Shown here: positions 1-13,707 of the stretch, one piece after another
How positions within the stretch are numbered: position 1 is the first letter of the stretch
Layout of the letters: each line of letters begins with the position of its first letter
Assembly (NCBI GenBank): GCA_965235115.1
Contig: OZ249440.1
Location: forward strand, 34,722,001 to 34,786,000
Direction: 5' to 3'
Source of the DNA: Laetmonice hystrix
Lineage: Eukaryota
DNA: 64,000 nucleotides
Program-made: the position numbers and the translations under genes
Notes under the pieces: generated by a model
Told to the model about the DNA's origin: nothing
The model's database searches: none
What the model saw: only the letters and a program-made list of their open reading frames with translations

Positions 1-842
1 TTAACTATGCAGAGTCTTTATAAGTTTGTTTTCATGTACTCTATGCATACAAGTTATACATTTTGCCACTAACTCACAGAATGGACAGATGCAGTGCATC
101 CACTCAGAGCTGAAGGCCAAATTGGCGCATGTCGAAATGTCCGAAGCGTACGGCTCTCTATTATCGCTCACCTTCAATGGCCGCTCATCATTAACGGCTA
201 TACTATACTGCGGTTATACTAAAAAGACACCAAGGAATTTAAATATCAAGGTTTAAATGGCGTATATATGCACGTTTTTTCATTTTATTTCTCAAACGAA
301 ATCTTCAAACATTGATTAAACACCTTTTCCCCGGGCACTCGAGCGAAAAACAATCAAATACGCTCACTTCAGATGTTTCCCTGTCGATTCTGTGTAATAT
401 TTAGCCAAAACATCTTAGTTCAAGCTCCCTAGGTGGGGTACAACGAAGTGCTGTTTTTTTTTACCAAGAATTTTGGCAGAATCCATTTCTAGCTACCCCA
501 GCGCCTCTAGCGAGCGTTACGGTCGCTAATGGTTGTCAACTCTTATGTCGCCATGTCCATGTCCCAGACACCCAGGCCAGAGTCAGGTGGTCAAGTCAAT
601 GGGCGGCGGCCACCCTTTTTTTACAGGTACCCTGCAAAGTTACCCAAAGTAGTCGGAGGGCGAAATAAAAAATAAACTTCCTCCCGCTTTACTCCCCCCC
701 CCCCAACTTTTATGGTCACTGGTGAACTCGCCCAGGCGCCGAGCTCGCCCGCGATATTCTGACCACCTTGCCCAGGCCCACCAAGACAGCCAAGGGCCAT
801 GCCATGGCAACAGAGCGAGAGGTGGCGGAGTAGTTAGGTAGC

Positions 843-3800
843 AATACAATACAATAATACAATATTTTTTTATTTCTCAACAACAAACCCTTTCGGGGTA
901 TAGGAGAAATTTATAAAGCAATTTTGGCCTCGCAGGGCACAGCACATACACGGAAAACATTGACATTGACACCGGTTCTGTAAACCTAAAAAGCGCTCAT
1001 AATAATTTTAACAAAGTTCGTCAACTTAGTAAGCCATTTTTTACTATGTATGTTATATACTTTGTCCATTTTTAATATATTGGGACGTCTCAAATAATAT
1101 GGCTTAATAGATCCTTTCACCATTAAAGAAACTACAATTAAACAAGTAGTGAAATTCATCTCCTACCTCGTTTAGGGTACAGAGGTTACATACCCATTCA
1201 GATCTCGTTATGCCCTGGAATCTGCCTCTGTTTACAGGCAGTCGGTGATTTCCGCATCTAAACCTTGTTAAACTAATTCGAGGCCCAGGATCTAAGAGTA
1301 ACAAATAGTTTTCCAATTTGTGTTCATATTTAAATATTCTGCAGGCGCGGATCCAGGGGGGGGGGGGTTCGAATGCCCCCCTTGGGCATGAAAGTGCTTC
1401 ATTTCTACTATAAAACTGCCCTCTCCCAACGTCAGTCACTCAGCATGTGCCCTTTGAGAAGACCCTGAACCCCCCCCCCCCCTTAAAGAAATCCTGGATC
1501 CGCGCCTGTTCTGTAACTTGTACATAATCTGTTTGTAAATACGTCCTCGTGCCAGTTTTGCTTAAAAATGTAATTTAGTTTTAATCCAACGGATAATTTA
1601 ACCCAGTCACAGCTCACAATATTTTCATAAGTCCAGAGATTGGGGTTACCACTTTCATTTAATACCGTTTTAATAATGTTTAACCATTTAGATTGATACG
1701 TCCCATTTTCCATCATTCTTCTGAGTAACTTATATATGATATTTGAGATTTTACTCTGCTTACCCTGGATAATTTTACTCCGAAAGGTCACCATTCTCTG
1801 CTGTACATAGATACTTCTATTTTTGTTTGACCTAGTTCGCCGTACACCATACAGTTAGCTGTAGCTTTATTTAATTTTAACAGCCTTCTACAGAATTGTC
1901 GGTAAAAGACTTCTATTTGTGTTAAATTTTCAAACCCCCATACCTCACACCCATACAACAAAATTGGTTTAACCAACTGGTCAAACAGTTGCACAACAAT
2001 ATCGACCGGTAGCCGTAGCTTCACAGCCTTAGACAACAAACTAAACAAGGCACGCCTTGCTTGTGATACCTGTTAGGGGATAGCTTTAACAAAATGACCA
2101 TTATAATTAAACATCACCCCCAAATAAACATATTCATTCACCACTTCTATTTGTTCATTTCTAAGGTGAAGTATTGGGTAACGTCTTACTTTACCTCTCG
2201 AAAATATCATTATTTTGGTTTTACTTATATTTATTTTTAGATTCCACTTATCACAGTAATTTGCTACAGCATTCATTGCATTTTGTAGCTCCTCCGGTGA
2301 CTCTGCCATAACTATGGTATCATCAGCGTAAAGTAAAACAAAAAGCCGTAGGTATATTTCAGTGTCATCTGTAGACAACCCTTGATAACTACGACTAACA
2401 TAGAAAACAATAAAAGTGACAAATTTTCCCCTTGTCTCACTCCGACGTTACAAGTGAAAAAATCTGAGAGTTCATTATTATTCTTAACACTGGATTTTGC
2501 CTATTCATACATATTATAGATAACTGTTATAATTTTCCCATTAATTCCACATGAAAGGAGTTTTGACCACAGTGAAGAACGATGAACTAGGTCAAATGCT
2601 TTCAATCTATAAAGCAGCAAAATACTCTTTTTTGCTTGCTTAAATAAATATCGATGAGAGAATGCAACACATGAGGTAAATAGCTTCCCAATACAACTGA
2701 GAAGTGATATACCCCTAAAATTTTCTGGCTCGTTTGGGCTACCCTTCTTTTTGTAAATTGGGATAATTATTCCTGTTGACCAGCTTGATGGCACCTTGCC
2801 CGTCAACAGAATAACGTTAAACAATGACGTTATTACTTTAACTAAAATTTAACTTTAAACTTTAACTGTTTCAAGAATTCATTTACTATTCTATCACAAC
2901 CTGGTGATTTCCCATTTTTTAACTTTTTAGTTTGCTTCGTAATCTCGTCAGGGGTAAAGAGATTATTTATTTCTTCATTTAGCTCATGTGTAACTGTTCT
3001 CGGGTCAAATTCATTAATTTCAGGATCCTCACCTAGGTCATCTTAGCTTAAATTTTTAAAATATTCGAAAAAGGTTTCCAGTGCAATATTGTTATCTTTA
3101 GCCCCTTTTGAACATTCTTTATTTAAGATATCCCAGAATTCTTTTGAGTTTGAGGTGCGTAAATTCCTCATTTTTTTATTTAATAATTTATTGTATTTTT
3201 TTATGTACTACGGATCCTTTTTTTATATGCCTTAGATTTACTACGCAATTCAATTTGTAACTCTGTGGACCAATTTTTCTTTAGTCTCTTCTTTACTCTG
3301 AAATATTCGGAACGGGTTTTTGCACATTCTTTATCAAGCCATGGTTTATTATGGTGTCTTTTCTTGATATTTATGGCCGTGTTTTGTCTGTATATTTTGT
3401 CCATGCCGCACTGTTTAGCCGGGAGTATATATATATTACATAGGTCTTGTGCATAGATGTCAATTTCATTTTGTGTAGCGTTTTCAATGTCACAACTACT
3501 TAAGTTTATCCTCAACTTGTTTATATTATCAAAATCAAAGGAGTATGCACCTGCTCTCATTTTTCAAGAAGAAAGTCTCCATTTCTTACGCTGTATTTTT
3601 ACATGTCAGTTTACCTCTTCCCAAGTCATTTCCCACTCTACCGTTTACTATATGCAAATCCAGGCTTTTACAGAAATCTATTAGGGCCCGCCCATTATTG
3701 TTTACTAGCTTATCTTCATTAAACCGTTTCACCTAAAAACCTTTATCGAGCATAGTGTACTTGGATCTATATAACCGCTCATCATTAACATCGATACCTG

Positions 3801-5440
3801 TACACTCGGCAACTGCGTCATCTATAGTGATAAAATCACCCATTTCCCCGGTCCTTGCATTGAAATCACCGGTCAGGTTCATAGGTGGGTCATCATATTG
3901 AGGGTTTATATACATGACATCATCTGCTATATTTTCGTATATGCCTTCCTCCTTATATTTTGAGCCTTCATGTGGTAAATACAGAGTGCCTAATACAAAT
4001 TCGGACCCAAGTATCTTCCTGTCAAATCATAACCAATGCACTAATTCCGATGATGTATTTGGTATATCGTAAACATATGATGCGATATCATCGGTAACGT
4101 AGATAACCAGACCATGTACACCACTTAGGGGATAAACCCTACTTCTACGGGACCCTACTTCTACGGGATTTGGGGGTGTATCCTGGCAGACCGTTTAAGC
4201 AATACAAACTTGTTTTTGTTTCAGAGAGGCAGAGTACATCAAAGTCCCTAACATATGGGAAAAATATATGGTTTTCTAGTTTGCCATTTAGCCCGCAGAC
4301 ATTTAATGATATACATTTTAGCTCTTTCTTCAAGACTCCTTCACCGGCGTCCTGCCCGTCTTACGCGTTAAAGGTTGCCCAACCAGCGTTTTTGCCAGCC
4401 TTTTTCAGCGTAGTGGGCCGCTACGCTGTGTATTTAGGCCACTACACTGTCTTTGAGGCCGCTACATTGTCTCTTGACCAGCGTAGTGGCAAAAACTTGT
4501 CTAAATTCAACAGAACCCACAGGAATACCAGTACAATGTCACTTGTTTACTGTCCAGTTTTACAAACCTTCCTTATCTGACTATCTAGACCGCAAGATAA
4601 GGCTCTAAAATAGCCTAAATTACCTGAGCTTGGGGTTTGCCCCTTCTGTACCCCTAACCAGGGCTCTGCCCTTAGTTTGACCACTACGCTGTCGAAAATT
4701 TCTGGCGAGAACCCTGCCAACCATCTGTGCGTCCCATGTCATGTGCGTGGTCCATGGTGATCCTCGTCCCCCGGGCGATCCTCGTCCCCTGGGGTGATCC
4801 TCCTCTGCCGGGATGATCCTCGCTCCCCGGGTGATCCCCGCCACGTGGTCACGCCACCGCCGTGCCTCTGGTTGTTATCGTCTTTGGCCATGATCCTACC
4901 GCTGCCGGATATCCTGAATTTTCCACCATTTGGGGTCTCCTTGAGAATAGTCTCGAAATTCAAATGCATCAACCTGTCTGTGTGCGATTGCGCGGAGCGT
5001 AGGTACACATTTGGTCGCCTGGCTTTGAGGTTTATTTTTGCTCTGAGAACGATTTTGTCGTCCGTTGACCTAAGTTCGATTTTCAGTATACCCGGTCTAT
5101 TTGGCGCCCTCTGCCGTGTCCGCATCGCCCGGACCACCCGCACGCATGAGAGGCCCAGGTCATTACTGACCAGGTCTTGTGCCACAGTCACGGGGTCTTT
5201 ATTGGCCACTGTCTCCACGCCACTGGCCACCACCGACACTTCTGGGGCAAACTCAGGTGTGCACTTTGCTTCAACCGTTTTGACACGTTGTTCCAGCTCA
5301 TCGACTCTGGCATATACCATACTGACCTCTGTGTCGATGAGCCGTTTGATATCGTCTAACTTTTGGTCAAGTGCTTCATCCACGTGTTTCTTGACCGCTT
5401 TCTCTAATTCATTTATTCCTTCGTCCATTCCCTTCCTCAT
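843..5440 (-). mobile_element. Degenerate near-full-length non-LTR retrotransposon (ORF1 + APE endonuclease + RT; CR1/RTEX-like)
   Basis: Minus-strand pieces in order: coiled-coil ORF1 (4739-5440), APE (SLNVCGL, LCLSET, GDFNART), RT (ENFRGISLLSCIGKLF, KAFD, LLYADD), C-terminal RFRCGNHRLP..C..C..GDEFHYLFNC; AATAAA plus (ATTGT)n-type tail at 843-875; many frameshifts. Confidence 0.9.
1342..1508. mobile_element. 167-bp MITE with 16-bp TIRs and 5-bp TSD, inserted in the LINE ORF2
   Basis: CAGGCGCGGATCCAGG ... CCTGGATCCGCGCCTG; TTCTG duplicated at 1337-1341 and 1509-1513. Confidence 0.9.
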
Positions 5441-5449
5441 ATCTATGTA

Positions 5450-7826
5450 TGGTCAGTTCTCACGAAACGTCGACACACAACGTTTTCTGCTATAACTCTT
5501 TTTCAAATAGAAATTGGAACGTTTTAATGATGATGACTGTATGCGTCTTGTCGTTATCTTTCATGGGATACCTACTTTTATATGTGTACCATCAAAACTA
5601 TGGAAATTGTGAAGCAGAAAGGGGTCATTTTTGTCCATAAATGTAAAATTAATCCATGTGACATGTAACCAAAAAAATACAATGGTCATAGATTCCTATT
5701 CAGCTTTCCTAAGTAATATCATGGATCTCGTGACTTATTTGCAAAAATAAAATTAACACTGGGTCGAATTCTGTTTCCATAAGATGTCATTTTCTGTTGG
5801 GGTAGTTTTTATGAAACAGAGCATATGACATTTTAATACTGAGCACATGCAGGAAAAAAATATGTATATAATAAGAGTAACTTGCTCTCTGTCAAGGTGT
5901 AACAATATATAACGAAAATGCATTGTTGAAAATTCCCCTTAAAAATAGAAAAAAACACCAGAACCTAAAGAAATCTTAAGGGTCTGTTTGGGGTAGGTTA
6001 TGGTGAAACCGAGCGTATGACAAATACGTACTGATTTGGGCCTGCGTTTTAGATATTAGTGAAATATATTTTATGTCAAGGAAGGTGGCATTATTACTTA
6101 CATAATGAGAAAACAGAAAGGATCCTGCCATATTTTTGTATTGACTGTGGGAGAAATAATGCTAAGGAAACCGAGCGTATGCATAAAACCGAGCGTATGC
6201 AGAAGTTACAAGCAGGAAAATCTCTGCGCTGCAGCCATCTAATGGTAGGATTTGAAACTCAAGGTCACATGACTTATCGTCAACGCTGGGCACCATACAG
6301 GCATCGGAAGAGCTCGTGCAAAAGTACATATTTTTTCATGTTTTTTGCTGAACTTTGACAACGAACAGATGAAACATGTTGTTGAGTGTATGGCATTTGG
6401 TAAGCCTGACAGATAAGTATTTTTTGCTTTTCAGTTGACCATTTTGTTATCTGCTATCAAGAAAATATCTGAAAGTCTGTGTGGGGCAATAATAGAATGG
6501 TTAATATGGCCTTGTGTCAGTTGCGGGAAGCAAAAGGAACACGTCCCCATGCATACGCTTGGATTCAGTTTTGGCTCGGAATCATAAGTGTTCAAATGTT
6601 AATCTATAAACTTCTTTTGGAATTTATGATGTATTGTCATAAAAACTAGTACGTTTATAACAAAACAAGTACATTTTGTTGTTTAGAATGTAAAAGCCCC
6701 CCTATAATACTTGTGATCATGATGGGTCACTCTTTCAAATAGTCCTACCACTTTTCAAAACTTAGTTGCTTATCACTATAATGACTCACGTTTATTTTTA
6801 TGTACCTAAAAGGAAATGCATTTTTGAAAAAAATAACTTTGTTAGTTTGTAAGATTTTGTACAATTTCTTTTTAAATATTTCTAAGTTGTTTTAATTACT
6901 TGGAAGATACAGAAACCTCAGTACATACGCTCGGTTTCAGTATACGCTCGGAATCATAACGTTTGTATTGCACTGCTTTGATTTCTGAGATACGTATTCT
7001 CAGTAGTAAAATCAGTATGTTTGTTGATAAACATTTCTATTTTAGTTTATCATAGAAATCGAAGCTTAGAAAAATGGAAACCCTTGACTTCTGGTCGTTT
7101 TACTTATTTTTAATATCTGCTAAAGCTGCAAATTGAGCAAAGAAAAACATTTTAAACATCTTTTGAGATATCCACGGAGAGAGAGTCAGCCTTTCTTCAA
7201 GAAACTCAGATGAATAGATGAAACACATTTTGGCAGGCCTACATTCATTATAGTTTCCTTAATTTTGCACTTCATGAAACCTTTTCTATAAATTCCCAGA
7301 AAACTAGCAAGAAATCCAATAACCATAGACAGTACGTCATTGAAAGGCAAATCCTCTCTTCTATACGTGAAATTATGTCACTTGTTCTATGGAGATTTCT
7401 AAAGGAATAGCAAGGAATAACGTAACATCTAGTCATTGGAAACAACATATAGAAACCATACCAAGAGTTACAGGTTATATATATATTTTTTAAAAAGGCA
7501 GCCAACATCTCTCTTATAATCACTTCGTTACCATAAATGGGCAGCCTTTTTAAAACAAACGAGAAAAAAGATTTATTAGATAATGAAAAAGGTACAATGT
7601 ACACATTAATCAAGAACATTACGTGTATATGCTCGGTTTCAAACGTTTTGGACTTTTACGTTTACCAAAGCCTCACTGAGTCAATTTTCAGAGTTAGTGT
7701 TCCCAAATCCTCCCATGAATCCTTTAACATGTTGTCATTGCAGCAACAAAAGGCTTAAATGATACCCAAAAAAATTTTTGGGCTGGTCAAAATCACCTTT
7801 TGTCGACGTTTCGTGAGAACTGACCG
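5450..7826. mobile_element. Non-autonomous DNA transposon (~2.4 kb, ~26-bp TIRs, TA-flanked)
   Basis: (T)GGTCAGTTCTCACGAAACGTCGACA at 5450-5475 and its inverse at 7801-7826; TA on both sides within a (TATG)n tail; internal GAAACCGAGCGTATG motif repeated in both orientations; no convincing ORF. Confidence 0.85.
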
Positions 7827-8467
7827 TATGTATGTATGTATGTTTATTTAGGCTCAAAAAGAGATACATATAGATTCAATTGGGAAAATTAATTTTAGGT
7901 ACAGCAGTTGCAGTATTACTCTTTGCGAGCCTAGGCTATACATCCTTAGTCTATTGCGACTGTAAACCAGGTACAACATGTATAACAATGACGGAGCGTA
8001 TGACACTCAAAGTAGCGTTATATAAATCAAAGATTACTGAGTACCTGGCCGGATGATGCCTAGATACAGCTTAGACAAGAAAAACAATCATAAAATGCTA
8101 TCGCTCCTGTTTATAATACAAAATATTGAATATTGTCATACGTAAATAAAGAGAATAATGGTAGTTAGTAATTCACAAGTACATATTGTTTGAAAGCATT
8201 ACTAGTACATATTGTTTGAAAGCTTTAACAAAGGACTTCATATACATTTTCTAGACTTTTGGAGAGTTCAGACCATAACTTAGGCCCAAAGTGAACGATA
8301 CTTTTGGCACCAAACGCTGTATTTCTAGACTGAAAATGGGGATGATCTTTTCGTCTAGTATTGTGTGAATGCACATCAGTATTTCTAATAAATAGATTCA
8401 TGACAGGAGTAGGTAAGTGGTTTGTGCTATATGCATACATATGATGTATGAAGTTTATATAAATCAC
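7827..8467 (-). mobile_element. 3' fragment of a CR1/L2-like LINE
   Basis: ORF2 C-terminus (HSHNTR...GPKLWSEL), then AATAAA and a (CATA)n tail at 7827-7850 on minus. Confidence 0.75.
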
Positions 8468-8469
8468 CC

Positions 8470-8640
8470 AAAATTGACTTTAGTGTCAAGAGATGGTTTG
8501 GGATGAGGGGGAGGAGAGAGCTTGGATCATTCAAGGTGTCTGCGATAGTAAATGGTAGGCCCATTACGACAGACACCTCATGCATGTACGTAATCAGCGC
8601 CTCATCATTCATTTGGCCTCCATGGTCTTTTAGCAGACAA
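8470..8640 (-). pseudogene. BEL/Pao integrase fragment
   Basis: DEALITYMHEV...P.T...DP....PLIPNHLL resembles the BEL/Pao post-core integrase motif (EVE..LNxRPL...LTPNHLL). Confidence 0.6.
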
Positions 8641-9871
8641 AGCCACGTGGTCAGAATAACTGTGAAAAAGGTCAAGCCATGACATTGTATTCCTGTTGAG
8701 CTGGTCGCCTGGAGCTGTCACTTAGTTGCAAATATAGTCATCTGATGTTAAGATGGAACCGATGTATTAGATTTCACGCAACCACACGACTCTTTTCTAT
8801 GCTGTCCAATGTGCTAATGCTGCAAGTTTGACAGCAGATGGTTCGAGTTTTACATAGGATGCATTAAGTATAGAGCTATTATTGTCTCTGGTCTGGTGAG
8901 AATGGTCTGTATCTGAAGCAGTGATGTAGTGGTGGAATCCCAGACGTACACTGCCATCAGTTTGTCAGAGATGTACAGACGATGAAGGATGGTCCACTAG
9001 AAGCAATCCACAGTCGGTGTCCTGGAAGCAATCCACACTGGAGCATTTGTTAGGAACGTTCCCGTATTGAGCAATCAATGGATGTGTGCCAGCAAGATGT
9101 AGTCTTTGGGATGAATGGACAGCTGCTGTACTTTTTCGAGTCTGTTCCTGCTCCCTCTAAAGAGAGAGTGAAAAATAGAGACTTATTTCAACCGTCCAAC
9201 ATCAAAAATATATTTATAGCATTTAAACCAACACTAAAGATTCAAGGTTCAACGAGAAACATTAAGAATCATGTGCCAAATATTCAAATACCAAACGGCC
9301 GACAAGCCTGATTAATTATAATAAATACGAAGGTAATTTTTGCTGTTGGTTACTATGAAGTCTTCAAAAGGATGTGTATGTGGGGACTTCTTTAGACACG
9401 TCTGGGTTGTGATATGTGGCGGGCGTTGATTTTCTCAGAAACAGCAAGTAGAGTGAGAAAGACTGGCTGTTTGTCGTGTTTCCCCATGTCGATCCCCATG
9501 CTGAAAGAACAAGTAACTAGATATGTAAACAGTGCAGCCGCCTTCCAAAAATCGAGGGCTGACAGCGAGGCTTCAGCAACCTCCCGAGCTGTGTCCCTAG
9601 CACGTACGGTGGCACTCTGCCCCATTACAATCACGTTGCCCCATTAAAATCACGGTATTGCTACATAAATCGAGTTTTGCTTGCAAAAGGCGCAAGGCAT
9701 CGTTACCTAGTAATAAATCACCGCTAAGAGAGCGTATAGGGTCAGCAGGCCCAAGATAAGTGGGGAGACTATGAGCGCGTCAGTATATATCCCTCTTATC
9801 CTTACGTTAACAGGGTGTCTACCAGGGTGCGTAATCTACAGTCGCCCACACGTCAATAACTAGTCGCCCGT

Positions 9872-10751
9872 CTACTGGCGCCTGGGCGGCTGCTGCACGT
9901 TTCCCTGGGCCTGACGGTCGCGCCTAATGTGGCCAAGGCGACCACAACCATAGCACCGAATGTTTGATTTGGAATGGTCGGAGGGTCGGTTCGTTTTGGA
10001 CCGAGACCGCTGCGAATAATGACCGGAACCCTCAGGCAAACGACTCATAATCTGCCCGAGTTGCTTTTGGAAACCGCGGAGTTGATTTGCGACCACTTTG
10101 GAGACGACAGTCTCAAGGTCGCCCTGCGCTCGGGGGTGGAATGGCATCAACGTCCATGGGCTCCTCCTTGTGGCTGGGAGCTTAACGAACCCACAACCTC
10201 GCGTTCGCCCCGAGGCGCGCCTGTTCGAAGGCAGCCTCCATTGTTTCGGGCTGCTCGGCAGCGACGCTCATACGAAGAACATCGTCCGTCAGCCCATTTG
10301 GCTGTTTGGCGAATAAGTCGCCGGCACAATTTCTCATTTTGGGTGTCTTCCACTGTATACGTGCGGTTGAAACAGTATCGATATTGCGCGATGTAATCGG
10401 AGACAGTCTGGTATGGCGACTGAGCGTAACTGTCCGCGTCAAAGATGCGGCGGTCGGCCTCGCTGGCATCTACTATAGTTTCTCGCAAATGAGCCACTAA
10501 CGTGGCCGTAGTCGCTTCTTCGGCCTGATAGCGACGACATCTTGCAGCAAGGACCCGGCAGCAGACTTAACTAAGAAACGTTTAAACATTACAAGGTCCA
10601 TCCCCGGAACATATTCAATGACCAGTGCCGCCCTGTTTAACCATTCTCCCAATTGGACCTGGTTAGACCCGTCAGTCAGGGGCATAGACTGGAGGAATCC
10701 AGAAAGCTGCTTCTCCCGACGGTCCTCCGCCATTTTGATTATTAAATGCAA
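9872..10751 (-). pseudogene. gag: Frameshifted Gypsy-like gag with CCHC knuckle
   Basis: Overlapping minus ORFs; Q..YQTVSDYI, GL....R......P.T.E.A...A, IRCYGCGRLGHIRRD; a degenerate protease-like stretch follows near 9400-9640. Confidence 0.75.
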
Positions 10752-12824
10752 ATACAGTCACTATAAACGTAAGCAATTAAGGGAAAATTAACTCAATTTT
10801 CGTTACTGTTCCGCACAGAACCAATGGCGTCTTCTGGGTTGTACGTGATGCACTGCCCATCGCTTGTAATAACGTAACCGCAAATCTGGGGACATATAAC
10901 TGTGGCTTGAACCCAAACGCCAAAAATTCTGAACCAAAAGCTGAAAAAACCTCTTTCGGCAATTGTTGCGTCCGCCAAGTCTGTAAGTTCCTCCGGGAGT
11001 TCAGAGTCACTCCCCCAAAACGATCATGATGAAAAATAAAAAGTCACTTCACCTTAGCTTGGCGTCACCGGAACATGACGAGACTGCTACTGCTCCGCAC
11101 GTAGCTACGACCTGAGTTATCTAGGTGTTTCCAAGGTGTGTTTTAGGTGTTAACATGTTGTTGAGACAGTGTTAACTCAGTGTTAAGTAAACACCCAGGA
11201 CGAGGTCAAATTTCCGATTTATAAAACACTTTCTTAATACCTAGCGTTAACACCCATTTAACTTTTAGATTTGACCTTACCCACTTTCCTCTATTGAATG
11301 TATTATTTCAGCCTGCCCCTCTAAAGGGTTGGTACTTGTTGCTTTACTACTCTCAATTGCTCCTCTGATACTGTACCGAAGAGTCCTGACAGTAACGTAC
11401 CCATAAAGGGAAGAAGGGATCTTTTCTTCCTCATCTCTTTATCGCTTAAAGAGACGCGTCACTTTTCTCAGTGGCGCCACCTCGTGGCAATTGACGAACT
11501 CTATTTTTACACGTTGCAACGCGTTATTTACGTCACTCAATGCTGTCAACAACACGGCAATGCAGAGGCAGAGTCAAGTCTGGCCGCTTCGCATCCCAGA
11601 AACAGTTTGACAAAAGGCTTCACGATGCCAGAAAAATGTACTTGACTATGCGTTTTAACATTGGAGTCTATGGGACCGATAAGATCCTTGGTAGTGCAAA
11701 TGTCGATATCTCATGAATTTCCATGGTGACATATGATTTTTTTTAATCTAAAGTGTTCAAAACAAGCCATGCAACAATTCTGAGAAGTATTTTCAGAATC
11801 TCTGGGTTAGAAATGTCTGAAAAAAATCTTCTCTCTTCTAATTCGAACAAAAAATTTTACGTATCTCTCTCTACTGTAGACTGTAGTAGTGCGAGTTGAA
11901 GGCCTATCTTCAAATGCTCATAACTCAGGATCCGATATGGTGACCCGCCATTTTCTTTGCACCAAAATACTCGAAAAATGTAGAATTATTTTATGTGAAA
12001 GTAGCCTGAAAATCTCTGGGTCAGAAATTTTTGGCTTATTGGTGTCGAGTCCCTTTAAGTGCTCTACCTCTTTGTATCTGGCTACACAGAATTCATAACC
12101 TTTTCGAATGATCTCGAGATCCACCTGCTGGTTCTCGAGATCCACCTGCTGGTTCTCAACTAATTGCCTGTAAGCTTTATAGGATTATCAGAAGTACTTT
12201 ATTGACAAGCCAATCTGACAAATTGATACTACCCCGTACTTGATCCAAGTATATCCCATACGACCTTAAGTCAAGAGGTGTCGGTGATAGAGGCGCCATT
12301 GTCCGCTCGTGACCGCTCCCTTTCTCCGCAGCCACCTTTGTTCGTCCCAAGCTCAAGCCAGTGAGCTAATGTGGCCCTCGTCTGTCCGTCCGTCACTCAT
12401 GCCATTGAGCTCATGTGGCCCTCGTTCTTCAATCTTCAACTTCCTCCTCCTTCTGAGATACTTGCTAAAACCGCCATCCTGCACGGCACCATTTAGTTTG
12501 TTACATAGTAACGTCAGGGACTCAGGTTCATAATGATGGTTAGCTTTTTAATTTCGTTCCAAGTTGATTCTGTACATGTGTACCTTCTCGTGTCTCTACA
12601 TCTCTGTGCTACTACATATATACTGAGTTGAACCACGACCCACCAACCCGGAGAACCAACGGTTGGCTGCCTCCTACAACTAGGCCCACTGGCATGACGG
12701 GGCAGGGCTATTAGTAATACTCACTGTGTTACAATTTGACAGTATTTTCTTTGCCCTTCAAAGATCAATTGAAGTCGTGCATCGTTTGTTCAAGAACCAT
12801 AGTTCTTGGTGGGGGCTTTAAGCT

Positions 12825-13511
12825 TCACAAGCTTGTTATTTGAAAGGTTACACCAATCTCTTCATCATCAGTTGGAGTTTTTGTTTGAAAGGTTACATCC
12901 AATGCTTCATCGTCAGTTGGGGTGTTTGCTTGAAACGTTACATCAATCGCTTCATGACCAGTTGGAGTTTTTGTTTGACAGGTTGCATCCATCGCTTGCT
13001 CATCTGTTGGGGTGTTTGTTTGAAATGTTACAGCCATCACTTCATGATCACTTTGAGTTTTTGTTTCAAAGGTTACCTCCATCTCTTCACCATCAGTTGG
13101 GCTTTTTGTTTGAAAAATTATATCCATCTCTTCATCAAGCTCAAGTGTGCTGTTAGCATTGCTAATAGCTACATGAACTAAGACCCTTGACACTGCATCA
13201 CTGCTGTGTATCTGAACTGGCTGCACTTCATATCTGAGGGAACGGTTTCCATTTGCCATGCTGCGGACAAGACGGAACAGCTGATTTTTAAGTTCGTTCA
13301 ATGTCGGAAAACACATGAGAATTGCAGAACCCACACAGCTTATCTCTCCTCTGACATTTCGGGAATGTGAATCAAAATAGCAGAACTGTCCATGACTGTT
13401 AACAAAGACACTGAATGCTTGAGCCCCAACTATGATTAACATGGCGTCATGACTTTGGAGCGATTGTTCTACAGCTTCACTGAGTGATAGGTTATCTCTA
13501 TCTTGACTCAA
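12825..13511 (-). pseudogene. Fragment of a herpesvirus-tegument-type (peptidase C76-like) deubiquitinase followed by 15-aa repeats
   Basis: AMLIIVGAQAFSVF...FCYFDSHSR..G....G.A.L..F..L..L motif; the N-terminal catalytic Cys region is absent. Confidence 0.6.
12838..13140. repeat. 45-bp coding minisatellite, ~7 copies
   Basis: TGAAAGGTTAC-type unit starts at 12841, 12886, 12931, 12976, 13021, 13066, 13111; encodes VTFQTKTPTDDEExx on minus. Confidence 0.9.
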
Positions 13512-13707
13512 ACATGTTTCGTCTATGTTTTTTTTTTCTATGGGGGAACATTACCTTAAGGTTAGGATTATACGATAGGTGCCTCAACGAAAGGTTGGGA
13601 TCGTCTTAGTTGATAACATACAGGTTTCTATGAAGTTGAACGTCCGTGGTTTATTGTTACGTGGTCACATCGTATATCAACATTTCACCCACTCCAGTAC
13701 AAGGTAT

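Noticed and set aside
11440..12212. Kolobok-like element with TTAA ends
   Set aside because: The two TTAA-adjacent ends are not inverted repeats of each other
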